From Macrostomum hystrix (Eukaryota > Animalia > Platyhelminthes), in assembly GCA_950097015.1 (NCBI GenBank), contig CATNEN010000002.1, forward strand, positions 1,984,001 to 2,048,000: a DNA stretch of 64,000 nt, given 5' to 3'. Both the position numbers and the translations under genes were made by a program. Positions 38,215 through 49,391 of the stretch are shown here, piece by piece. The first letter of the stretch is position 1. Every line of letters begins with the position of its first letter. A model generated the notes under the pieces. That model worked only from the letters and a program-made list of their open reading frames with translations, had not been told where the DNA came from and did not search any database.

Positions 38215-38711
38215 GTCAGTCACACGGATACTGAATTATGCATACTTCTCTATTGGATAGTATTGCACCATCTCTATAGGTGCTTATATCAAAATGAAGC
38301 CCCCTTTAACTTGCTTTTAATCCCATGTCTGCCCGAGGGAACCACTAGGAGCAGAAGGGCGGAAAAAACTAAACGGTTTCTTAGAAACCGTCTAGGAGGC
38401 AAATTTTCGCAGAAAAATACGAAAAAATATTGTTTACTAGAGGTTTTGTTGTTTCAGGAGCTTAATGCATTATAGACCCAAAAGGACATGTAGAAGAAGG
38501 AAAAAGAGAGTATGAAATGGATGTTTTCAAAATAAATGCTTGACATAAGTCAACGAAGTTATAAATATTCATTCAAACTCTGAAATTAATATTTTTAAGA
38601 AACGTAGTTTTCTTTCTTGTCCTTCTCCTCCTTGGGGTCCTTAATCTACTCCGATTGGACTAATTCCCAAATAATCCACTCACTCTCTCTCATCTCACTC
38701 CGCGATCGCAG

Positions 38712-39434
38712 GTGCTAGCAAATTACGCGGCTGTGGTTCGCACCTCGAAGCGAAACAGCGCCACTTACGCCGCCTTCGCCCGAACCCCGGCAACCAATCA
38801 GGACGGTTCGGCAACCGCCGGCGGAGGCTCGTCGGTGATTGGCTACTCGGGCCTGGCCAATGCCGAGTTCTGCCTGCACTGCCGATCGAAGCGACCGCCG
38901 GGCGCGCATCACTGCCCGCTCTGCCGCGTTTGCGTCCTCGGCCACGATCACCATTGCTTCTTCACGGCCTGCTGCATCGGCAGGTGCAACCGGCGTCACT
39001 TCCTGCCACTCATGCTGCACGTGTTGCTAGGCAGCAGTCTCTGCGTGATCCTTCAGTACCTCTACCTGGCCAGGGTGTTTCAGCCCGCGCTCTCCGCCAA
39101 TTTCTGGATGTACTTTTATCCTGTGACCATCCTGATGTACGCTACTGGCAATGCTGACGCTTCCGTGGTTGCCATGGTGACGCTGCTATTCGCCACGCTA
39201 TTTGGCGTGCTTGCCAGTATGTACTTTTTCGGCTTCCAACTCGTACTGGTCTGCCGCGGCCAGACGCCGCATGAATTCGGCGAAGCGTCGACCCCAGCGC
39301 CGCGGCTGACTCTAGGCAGCTGCAGGCGCAACTGCGCCAGGGTGTTTGGCCAGTGCGGCCTCCTGCAGTTCCTCTGGCCCTGGCCTGCCCTGCCCCTGCC
39401 TGATGAATTCGCCAGGCCCGCCAAGACCGCCTAA
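38712..39434 (+). CDS. DHHC palmitoyltransferase exon 2 (ZDHHC22-like)
   Basis: Acceptor gatcgcag|GTG. The cysteine-rich domain CLHCRSKRPPGAHHCPLCRVCVLGHDHHCFFTACCIGRCNRRHF is followed by TM segments and a TTxE-like QTPHE. HDHHCFFT resembles the ZDHHC22 clade (from recall). Confidence 0.93.
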   Translation: MLANYAAVVRTSKRNSATYAAFARTPATNQDGSATAGGGSSVIGYSGLANAEFCLHCRSKRPPGAHHCPLCRVCVLGHDHHCFFTACCIGRCNRRHFLPLMLHVLLGSSLCVILQYLYLARVFQPALSANFWMYFYPVTILMYATGNADASVVAMVTLLFATLFGVLASMYFFGFQLVLVCRGQTPHEFGEASTPAPRLTLGSCRRNCARVFGQCGLLQFLWPWPALPLPDEFARPAKTA

Positions 39435-39435
39435 T

Positions 39436-39862
39436 GAGTACATTGGGACTTCTAGTTTGAGTGCATTGGGACTTCTAGTTTGAGTGCATTGGGACTTCTA
39501 GTTTGAGTGCATTGGGACTTCTAGTTTGAGTACACTGGGACTTCTAGTTTGAGTACATTGGGACTTCTAGTTTGAGTACATTGGGACTTCTAGTTTGAGT
39601 GTATTGGGACTTCTAGCTTGATTGTATTCGGACTTCTAGTTTGAGTGCATTGGGACTTCTAGTTTGAGTACATTGGGACTTCTAGTTTGAGTACATTGGG
39701 ACTTCTAGTTTGAGTGTATTGGGACTTCTAGTTTGAGTACATTGGGACTTCTAGTTTGAGTGTATTGGGACTTCTAGTTTGATTGTATTCGGACTTCTAG
39801 TTTGAGTGCATTGGGACTTCTAGTTTGAGTACATTGGGACTTCTAGTTTGAGTACATTGGGA
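39436..39862. repeat. 23-bp minisatellite (GAGTACATTGGGACTTCTAGTTT), about 18 units, starting 2 nt after the DHHC stop codon
   Basis: Read directly. Confidence 0.93.
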
Positions 39863-40317
39863 TTTCATAACTTTGAAATTTGTAGTAGTCTTGTGATTTT
39901 GAATTTGTGAAAGTGAAATTTCAATTTTGACTGTCTACATTATTCACTATAAAATAAAGATCTATTTTTGCTTTTCAATTTCACGTATTAACTTCTGCTG
40001 TTCGTTTTGTTTATGTCCTAGCTGAAATATATTTATTAAAATCATAAAATGTACCTGCGTCAGTTATTTCATTCCTTTCCCAGTCTTTTGAAGTCTCGCA
40101 ATGTACTTTTAATGCGCTAATGATGTATCATCACGAGCACTTTGTAATGCAATTCTAAACTTTAATGTGCCACGACTGCTGAATATAGTTAAAGCCATCC
40201 TACACAGCAGCTTACAGACATGTTTATAAACTCTCATTCGTATTTTTGAGATGCTTTATCTGGTTTTTGGTTACTTAAAGTACATTTTTGGCTTCCTGAA
40301 TAATGCACTCCCGATCA

Positions 40318-41385
40318 GGAGGTGTGAACACAATGATACGGTCCAGTTCTGGAGGTGTGAACACAATGATGCGGTTCAGTTCTGGAGGTGTGAACACAAT
40401 GATGCAGTCCAGTTCTGGATGGTGTGAACACAATGATGCGGTCAATTTCTGGAGGTGTGAACACAATGATGCGGTCCAGTTCTGGAGATGTGAACACAAT
40501 GATGCGGTCCAGTTCTGGAGGTGTGAACACAATGATGCGGTCCAGTTCTGTTGGTGTAAACACAATGATACGGTCCAGTTCTGGAGGTGTGAACACAATG
40601 ATGCGGTCCAGTTCTGTAGGTGTGAACACAATGATGCGGTCCAGTTCTAGAGGTGTGAATACAATGATGCGGTTCAGTTCTAGAGGTGCGAACACAATGA
40701 TGCGGTTCAGTTCTGGAGGTGTGAACACAATGATGCGGTCCAGTTCTGGAGGTGTGAACGCAATGATGCGGTTCAGTTCTAGAGGTGCGAACACAATGAT
40801 GCGGTTCAGTTCTAGAGGTGCGAACACAATGATGTGGTTCAGTTCTAGAGGTGTGAACACAATGATGCGGTTCAGTTCTAGAGGTGCGAACACAATGATG
40901 CGGTCCAGTTCTGGATGGTGTGAACACAATGATGCGGTCCAGTTCTGGAGGTGTGAACACAATGATACGGTCCAGTTCTGGAGGTGTGAACACAATGATG
41001 CGGTTCAGTTCTGGAGGTGTGAACACAATGATGCGGTCCAGTTCTGGAGGTGTGAACACAATGATGCGGTCCAGTTCTGGAGGTGTGGACACAATGATGC
41101 GGTCCAGTTCTGTAGGTGTGAACACAATGATGCGGTCCAGTTCTGGAGGTGTGAACACAATGATGCGGTCCAGTTCTGGAGGTGTGAACACAATGATGCG
41201 GTCCAGTTCTGGAGGTGTGAACACAATGATGCGGTCCAGTTCTGGAGGTGTGAACACAATGATGCGGTCCAGTTCTGGAGGTGTGAACACAATGATGCGG
41301 TCCAGTTCTGGAGGTGTGAACACAATGATGCGGTCCAGTTCTGGAGGTGTGAACACAATGATGCGGTCCAGTTCTGGAGGTGTGC
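40318..41385. repeat. 33-bp satellite (GAACACAATGATGCGGTCCAGTTCTGGAGGTGT), about 32 units
   Basis: Read directly. It shares the core ACACAATGATGCGGTCCAGTT with the two 30-bp arrays downstream. Confidence 0.95.
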
Positions 41386-42062
41386 TCATGGAAGTACTTC
41401 AAGCTTAGATTATTAGTAGTAGTAGTTTTGTCCTGTTGAACTGATTTCCTAACGCCCTGTTTACTTTTTTTGATAGACTGTTTTCAACTTTCTGCTATCC
41501 CGCCAGGTCCCTCGAGGAAACGGAACTTTTTACAGCGATGAACTTTCACATTAACACTTGCTGGACGAGGCTAAGTAGCCAGTCTGATCCCAATGGATTG
41601 ACAAGCAATAATTGGCAATATGTACAAACCCCAGTTAGTCTTTTCAACTGTCACATCTAGGAGTACATATTAGTTGTCATTCTGGTAAGACTTTCTACGA
41701 GTAATTTAGCTATACATGGCTTTTTTGTTACCGCCTGCTCAGTCTTAATTGACGCCCTGTTTGTTTTCAAAGCAAATGAAGTGATTATATTGTACATGAC
41801 TATTTGCAAATTAAATAATGTACTGATGTTGTTAATAAGCTGTACACTTTTACCAGATTATTCGTCTGTTGTAGGTTGACAAGATTTGCTATTCATACTA
41901 AATAAATATATATTTGTCATTGTAGAAATGTGTCTGGTAAATGTTTAGATAGGTGTTTTTCAGTTAGCCAGTAGTTTATTAAACTAAAAGAATTCATTGC
42001 TGCTTGACTGCGTTAAGAATATTTTTCATTTATTTTAATTTAGACGCAGGGATGCTAATTAG

Positions 42063-44005
42063 GAAACAATGATGCGGTCCAGTTCCAGTTCAGACACAAT
42101 GATGCGGTTCAGTTCCAGTTCAGACACAATGATGCGGTCCAGTTCCAGTTCAGACACAATGATGCGGTCCAGTTTCAGTTCAGACACAATGATGCGGTTC
42201 AGTTCCAGTTCAGACACAATGATGCGGTCCAGTTCCAGTTCAGACACAATGATGCGGTTCAGTTCCAGTTCAGACACAATGATGCGGTCCAGTTCCAGTT
42301 CAGACACAATGATACGGTCCAGTTCCAGTTCAGACACAATGATGCGGTCCAGTTTCAGTTCAGACACAATGATGCGGTCCAGTTTCAGTTCAGACACAAT
42401 GATGCGGTCCAGTTTCAGTTCAGACACAATGATGCGGTCCAGTTCTAGTTCAGACACAATGATGCGGTCCAGTTCTAGTTCAGACACCTTGATGCAGTCC
42501 AGTTCCAGTTCAGACACAATGATGCGGTCCAGTTTCAGTTCAGACACAATGATGCGGTTCAGTTCCAGTTCAGACACAATGATGCGGTTCAATTCCAGTT
42601 CAGACACAATGATGCGGTCCAGTTCCAGTTCAGAAAGAATGATGCGGTCCAGTTCTAGTTCAGACACAATGATGCGGTCCAGTTCTAGTTCAGACAGAAT
42701 GATGCGGTCCAGTTCTAGTTCAGACACAATGATGCGGTTCAGTTCCAGTTCAGACACAATGATGCGGTTCAGTTCCAGTTCAGACACAATGATGCGGTCC
42801 AGTTCTAGTTCAGACACCTTGATGCGGTTCAGTTCCAGTTCAGACACAATGATGCGGTCCAGTTCTTTTTAAGACACAATGATGCGGTCCAGTTCCAGTT
42901 CAGACACAATGATGCGGTCCAGTTCTAGCTCAGACACAATGATGCGGTTCAGTTCCAGTTCAGACACAATGATGCGGTCCAGTTCTAGCTTAGACACAAT
43001 GATGCGGTCCAGTTCTAGCTCAGACACAATGATGCGGTCCAGTTCTAGCTCAGACACAATGATGCGGTCCAGTTCTAGCTCAGACACAATGATGCGGTCC
43101 AGTTCTTTTTAAGACACAATGATGCGGTCCAGTTCCAGTTCAGACACAATGATGCGGTCCAGTTCTAGCTCAGACACAATGATGCGGTTCAGTTCCAGTT
43201 CAGACACAATGATGCGGTCCAGTTCTAGCTTAGACACAATGATGCGGTCCAGTTCTAGCTTAGACACAATGATGCGGTCCAGTTGTAGCTCAGACACAAT
43301 GATGCGGTTCAGTTCCAGTTCAGACACAATGATGCGGTCCAGTTCTAGCTCAGACACAATGATGCGGTCCAGTTCCAGTTCAGACACAATGATGCAGTCC
43401 AGTTCCAGTTCAGACACAATGATGCGGTCCAGTTCCAGTTCAGACACAATGATGCGGTCCAGTTCCAGTTCAGACAGAACGATGCGGTTCAGTTCCAGTT
43501 CAGACACAATGATGCGGTCCAGTTCCAGTTCAGACACAATGATGCGGTCCAGTTGTAGCTCAGACACAATGATGCGGTCCAGTTCTTTTTAAGACACAAT
43601 GATGCGGTCCAGTTCCAGTTCAGACACAATGATGCGGTCCAGTTGTAGCTCAGACACAATGATGCGGTCCAGTTCTTTTTAAGACACAATGATGCGGTCC
43701 AGTTCCAGTTCAGACACAATGATGCGGTTCAGTTCCAGTTCAGACACAATGATGCGGTCCAGTTTCAGTTCAGACACAATGATGCGGTCCAGTTCTAGTT
43801 CAGACACAATGATGCGGTCCAGTTCCAGTTCAGACACAATGATGCGGTCCAGTTCCAGTTCAGACACAATGATGCGGTCCAGTTCTAGTTCAGACACAAT
43901 GATGCGGTCCAGTTCTAGCTCAGACACAATGATGCGGTCCAGTTCTAGCTCAGACACAATGATGCGGTCCAGTTTTTTATCGAGAAACAACGATGCGGTC
44001 CAGTT
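42063..44005. repeat. 30-bp satellite (CAGACACAATGATGCGGTCCAGTTCCAGTT), about 64 units
   Basis: Read directly. The marker variant agttcttttt-aagacac occurs near 42861, 43101, 43581 and 43671. Confidence 0.95.
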
Positions 44006-44617
44006 AAAATAGATAAAATCCTACAAGTTTTTCCTGCTTCGACAAGCAAGCCTTTAATAGCTAAGTGGATCTGGCAATTGTAACTCCAGTTCAGTTCAGG
44101 TGGTCTGCTAAATGCTAGATCTAACATCTACAAGTGTGAATTTCATCAAGCATAATTGGCTGCCGCATAAAGTGCTACTTAAGTTTGCTGTAATTAAATA
44201 AAGTCGAAATTCTGTTCGCCATTGAGTGCTCTATGCATTAGACTAATTTAAATGCGTTAGTTTCACAAAATGTAACAGTTGCTCAGTATGTAATAGTATA
44301 CTTACAACATGAAATAGTAAGTACTAGTTAATGCGTATAGAACTGTCAAACATGTAAGATGCATGTACTTGTGCGTGAAATTTAAGTCGAAAAAAATGCT
44401 GCGATCGTTTAAAGTTTTTTAACTTTCACTCACTCTCAGAGTGCACTTGCACAACTGTGGTTAGTTCGTAGATTGTACAGCTTTCCATTGCTGCCTGGAA
44501 CAGCTATTATCGCACTAATTATCTCGCCCAATCTGTGCCGTCCACTATTTTGCTAAGCTTGTTTTACCTCGCAGTTAGTTAAATTTAAATTCGATTGGTT
44601 TCATTTTGTACCTGCTA

Positions 44618-44947
44618 ATGGCTGCTAAAATGCGCCATAGATTGTGTCAACTCGCAGCTGCTACGGTGATTCTCTGCCTGGCCCTGAATGTTCGCCAGTC
44701 TGTTCAGGTTGTCATGACAACAACAGGCATTCAATGCATTCGCCAATTGAGTCCGTGCAGCTGCGAAACAGCCAACGGCGGACGGATCGACCTCTCGCCT
44801 TTGGCCAGCACCGGCGGAGCTTTCGCCTACAACGATAAGAGTGGACCCAGTGGCAACTACTTGTACTTTTACAACCCCTGCAATGGGGCCACCTGCGATG
44901 GCAGTACGGACGCTGCGGTGTGCCAGAAGACCTTGGATAAGAAGCAG
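44618..44947 (+). CDS. Cation-dependent mannose-6-phosphate receptor-like (MRH domain) protein, exon 1
   Basis: Signal peptide (CQLAAATVILCLALNVRQSVQ) is followed by CSCETANGGRIDLSPL...YLYFYNPC...AAVCQ, typical of an MRH domain. Donor CAG|gtgtga, phase 0. Confidence 0.82.
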
Positions 44948-45007
44948 GTGTGAGATAAAATAATTACTGAACAAGTATCATTACTAATGTGTTATGGTCC
45001 GTATAGT

Positions 45008-46057
45008 TTAGACACAATGATGCGGTCCAGATCCAGTTCAGAGACAATGATGCGGTCCAGTTCTAGCTCAGACACAATGATGCGGTCCAGTTCTAGCTCA
45101 GACACAATGATGCGGTCCAGTTCTAGCTCAGACACAATGATACGGTCCAGTTCTAGCTCAGACACAATGATGCGGTCCAGTTCTAGCTCAGACACAATGA
45201 TGCGGTCCAGTTTCAGTTCAGACACAATGATGCGGTCCAGTTCTAGCTCAGACACAATGATGCGGTCCAGTTCTAGCTCAGACACAATGATGCGGTCCAG
45301 TTCTAGCTCAGACACAATGATGCGGTCCAGTTCTAGCTCAGACACAATGATGCGGTCCAGTTCTAGCTCAGACACAATGATGCGGTCCAGTTCTAGCTCA
45401 GACACAATGATGCGGTCCAGTTCTAGCTCAGACACAATGATACGGTCCAGTTCTAGCTCAGACACAATGATGCGGTCCAGTTCTAGCTCAGACACAATGA
45501 TGCGGTCCAGTTCTAGCTCAGACACAATGATACGGTCAAGTTCTAGCTCAGACACAATGATGCGGTCCAGTTCTAGCTCAGACACAATGATGCGGTCCAG
45601 TTCTAGCTCAGACACAATGATGCGGTCCAGTTCTAGCTCAGACACAATGATACGGTCCAGTTCTAGCTCAGACACAATGATGCGGTCCAGTTCTAGCTCA
45701 GACACAATGATGCGGTCCAGTTTCAGTTCAGACACAATGATGCGGTCCAGTTCTAGCTCAGACACAATGATGCGGTCCAGTTCTAGCTCAGACACAATGA
45801 TGCGGTCCAGTTCTAGCTCAGACACAATGATGCGGTCCAGTTCTAGCTCAGACACAATGATGCGGTCCAGTTCTAGCTCAGACACAATGATGCGGTCCAG
45901 TTCTAGCTCAGACACAATGATGCGGTCCAGTTCTAGCTCAGACACAATGATGCGGTCCAGTTCTAGCTCAGACACAATGATGCGGTCCAGTTCTAGCTCA
46001 GACACAATGATGCGGTCCAGTTCTAGCTCAGACACAATGATACGGTCAAGTTCTAGC
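45008..46057. repeat. 30-bp satellite (CAGACACAATGATGCGGTCCAGTTCTAGCT), about 35 highly homogeneous units filling the M6PR-like intron
   Basis: Read directly. Confidence 0.95.
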
Positions 46058-46198
46058 GCGTAATTAAGACACAAATAAGACGGTCCTGTTTCAGTTCAGA
46101 CGCAGCTTCAGTTTAATTGTTTTAAAATCATATTTGGACATCAAGTAATTCTGACTCATTAATAATTATTCCCACCTTGCGATCCCATCGCGGCGCAG

Positions 46199-46696
46199 CA
46201 ATACCTCATGGGCACTCAGGACTCGGCCAAGTTTGACACAGATCCCAGCCTGGGCCTGGTGCTAAAGTACATCGGCCAATCGGGCGACCGTCTGGTGCGG
46301 GAGACGCATCTGCAATTGTTGTGCGACACCAGCGGACGCGGCCAGGATCTGCTGACCCCGCTAGACGACGGTCTGGCAGGAGTGACAGTTCTCTACAAGA
46401 TGAGCCTCCTGTCCCGGCACTGCTGCGAGACCTTCGGGCCAGATGGCGGTGGCGGTGGCGGGCCCAGTGCTGGTGACATCCTGCTGATCGTGTTCTTCTC
46501 GCTGACAGTATTTTACCTGGCTGCCGGTGTGGCCTTGAATGTGGCCCTGAAGCGGCAGAGCTTCGGGCTGGCTGCACTGCCCAACACGGAGTTCTGGGCC
46601 TCGCTGCCCGGCCTTGTTCGAGACGGCGCGCTATTCACCTACGCAGCAGCCAGGGGGCTGGTGGACAGAAAGAGGGGACAATACGAGTCTGCGTGA
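46199..46696 (+). CDS. M6PR-like protein exon 2 (end of MRH domain, TM, cytoplasmic tail)
   Basis: Acceptor ggcgcag|CAA TAC. It encodes VLKY...RETHLQLLCD...SRHCC, TM GDILLIVFFSLTVFYLAAGVALN, the conserved tail LPNTEFWASLPGLVRDGALF of the CD-MPR/ATG27 group, and a terminal YESA. Confidence 0.88.
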   Translation, partial: QYLMGTQDSAKFDTDPSLGLVLKYIGQSGDRLVRETHLQLLCDTSGRGQDLLTPLDDGLAGVTVLYKMSLLSRHCCETFGPDGGGGGGPSAGDILLIVFFSLTVFYLAAGVALNVALKRQSFGLAALPNTEFWASLPGLVRDGALFTYAAARGLVDRKRGQYESA

Positions 46697-46919
46697 GCTG
46701 GTGGACTTACTTGACGCCTCGATTGTAAAAAATTGTTAATCTATGCAAAATTATGGAAAACTATTAAGCGGACTCATAAGTGCATTATATTATTTGAGCC
46801 AAGGGGACTGGCTTTGGCTATTGCGGCTGTATGCGTTTAATTCTCAGAAAAATTACCTACATCATAAATTTGAAAAGTTCTGGTGAAATATGAAAATGTT
46901 AATCAAGCTTTTATCAAAA

Positions 46920-47339
46920 TAGACTCAAAATGGCGCGCGGGCCATCAGGTCTCTTGATTAGCAACCTCCAGGGGTAGCGCATCTCCTGCAGCCTCCATGG
47001 GTGACTAAGGGTGCGAGCCGAATTCGGGCCGGAAGTGATGTCTCTATAGTCGGTTTGGGCCGAATTATCTCCTTGTCAGTTTCACTTGCATGTGCTTTGC
47101 GGGTAGCCGGCTGGTAAGTGCCGGCCCATGAAACTCTGGCTGGGCGGGCCGCGAGTCCTGGCGGGTTTGGTGAACGTTTTTGCGGAGCTCTTTGCACCGG
47201 GTATTATTCCGCTACCGTCGTCGTTCAGAGCCCAGCTGCTCCCACTCCGCCGTCCCCTGTGCGTCGCCATCTTAGTTGCCGCTTAACCAGACAATGGCGA
47301 CATCGATCGTTGGCACCTGGCATGCGTGGAAGGCCGGAG
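46920..47339 (+). promoter_or_regulatory. CpG-rich promoter-like island / possible upstream leader exon of the ACSL gene
   Basis: GC-rich island in AT-rich DNA. ETS-type CCGGAAGTG at 47029-47037, YY1-type AAAATGGCG at 46927-46935 and CGCCATCTT at 47265-47273. Strong donor GAG|gtaagc at 47340. Confidence 0.4.
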
Positions 47340-48806
47340 GTAAGCGACCAATTTCCGCGCCACCAAGCGTGAAAATTAATCCGCCAACAATTGGATGTTA
47401 ACTGCGATATTGTTTCGCACGTTCTTATTATAATAAATAAATTTTGTTTAAAGTGCCAATAAAATAACAGAGAATCCCTATTGTATTAATAGGTTTTTAA
47501 AAAAAATTGTACTAAACATGAGTAAAGGAAATAACAAATAAAACAAATAAATAAATAAACAAACAAATAAAAATATTTGTTTTAGTAACAATGGGACGAG
47601 CGGCATGAACCGTTTTGGCGCTGTTTCGAATGGTATTGCTGTGCATACAAGAAACAAATTGGGTGGATATCGGAAGTTCGGAACCATTCTGCGATGATAG
47701 CTAGTTATGGTTATGATGCTATCTATCCGTCTTGATGCTTTCAAGACGATATCTTGAAAATTTCATAAACAGGCTAAATTTTTGCCTCAGAAAATGTTTC
47801 ACTCGATGCCTAGGCCGTATGCCTAGGGCCTAGGCTGGATTCATATGTAGGCAGGTAAGTAGGTAACAGGTTGGTGGTAACTGTATACTGCATAGCGAGT
47901 TGGTAGCAGTAGGTATAATTATATTTATAAGGTAGTCACTTTTCTTCATCATGCCAACTAAGCATACTACTAGGCTACTGACTAGGCATATTGTTGCCTG
48001 TGTTGGTAGCTAGCTACTGTTGTTAAAATAATCCAGCTAAGATAATTGCTAAACTATAATGTTGACTGTGAATGTAATTAAAAAAGTTTATTAGATAGGC
48101 CTACAAAGTAGAAAATTATGTTATACTAACTAGTTTCATAAAGTTTTCCCTTATTTATACAAATAGCTAGTGGTGTTAGTATTATTGTTTTCTATTATAA
48201 TATAATGTATAATTTATTTACTCAAAGTAACCATTGGAAGAAATGAATTAGATATCATTGTTTCTACCAGTGCTGATTAGTACATATGTTTTAAAATGTT
48301 AGTGTCAACAAAGTTTTTTTCTGCAAAATTTTAGGCCTAATGCCTTAATAGTATCCAATTTGTGATTGGCTGGAATAATATTTATATGGTGTATAACTAG
48401 GCATTAGCCACTTATTCTATAGGAAATATATAATACATAGAAATAGATAAAGTTAGATAATATCAAATTTATAAGTTCAGTTGCAGGGAGTAAGAAATTA
48501 GAAACATTTTATTACAATAAAGTTAAGATCTAGTAGTACAACTTTATGCAGCCTATTAGTGAGTTGTCTAAAAGAAGTTGGACATTACAACAATATTGTT
48601 ATATAGTCATGTAGTAACACTAGAAAGATACTTTCTAACCTTGAAAATATGCAATAGTAAAAATAACTAGTTTAATAGCCCATTCAAAGCTTAGTAAAAA
48701 AACAAAATAACAGACATTTTTCTTTTTCTATAAATATAACTATCAAGGAGGGGAATATGTTCCTGTATTATCTTTGACTTTGGTGGTTACCAACTTATAT
48801 TTAGAT

Positions 48807-49391
48807 CAGGGGTCGGCAACCTCGAGCCCGCGGGCCAGATGCGGCCCTCGAAGCTCCCAAATCCGGCCCTTAGCTCCTCCTAACACCTATTCTACAGTAC
48901 ACCCTATCTCATCTCTCCCCTGTCTCATCTCTCCCCTGTCTCACCTCTCCACTGTCTCATCTCTCCCCTGTCTCATCTCTCCCCTGTCTCATCTCTCCCC
49001 TGTCTCACCTCTCCCCTGTCTCACCTCTCCACTGTCTCACCTCTCTCCTGTCTCATCTATCTCTTGTCTCATCTCTCTCCTGTCTCATCTCTCCCATCTC
49101 ACCTCTCTCCTGTCTCATCTCTCTCCTGTCTCATCTCTCTCCTGTCTCATCTCTCTCCTGTCTCATCTCTCTCCTGTCTCATCTCTCTCCTGTCTCATCT
49201 CTCTCCCGTCTCACCTCTCTCCTGTCTCATCTCTCTCCTGTCTCATCTCTCCCATCTCATCTCTCACCTGTCTGATCTCTCACATGTCTGATCTCTCATG
49301 TGTCTAATCTCTCCCCTTTCTTCATGCGGCCCGCCGTCATCTTTAAGAGTCTCTCTTTAGCCCGCGGGGCATATAAGGTTGCCGACCCCTG
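48807..49391. mobile_element. hAT (Charlie-like) MITE carrying an internal TCTCATCTCTCC(C)CTG satellite (about 48900-49315)
   Basis: Perfect 16-bp TIRs CAGGGGTCGGCAACCT (48807-48822) and AGGTTGCCGACCCCTG (49376-49391). Perfect 8-bp TSD ATTTAGAT at 48799-48806 and 49392-49399. Confidence 0.93.

Noticed and set aside
40275-46074. Long ORFs such as (ELELDRIIVS)n and (SSSSDTMMR)n on both strands
   Set aside because: They are satellite translations. The unit lengths are multiples of three, and one array lies in an intron of the M6PR-like gene.
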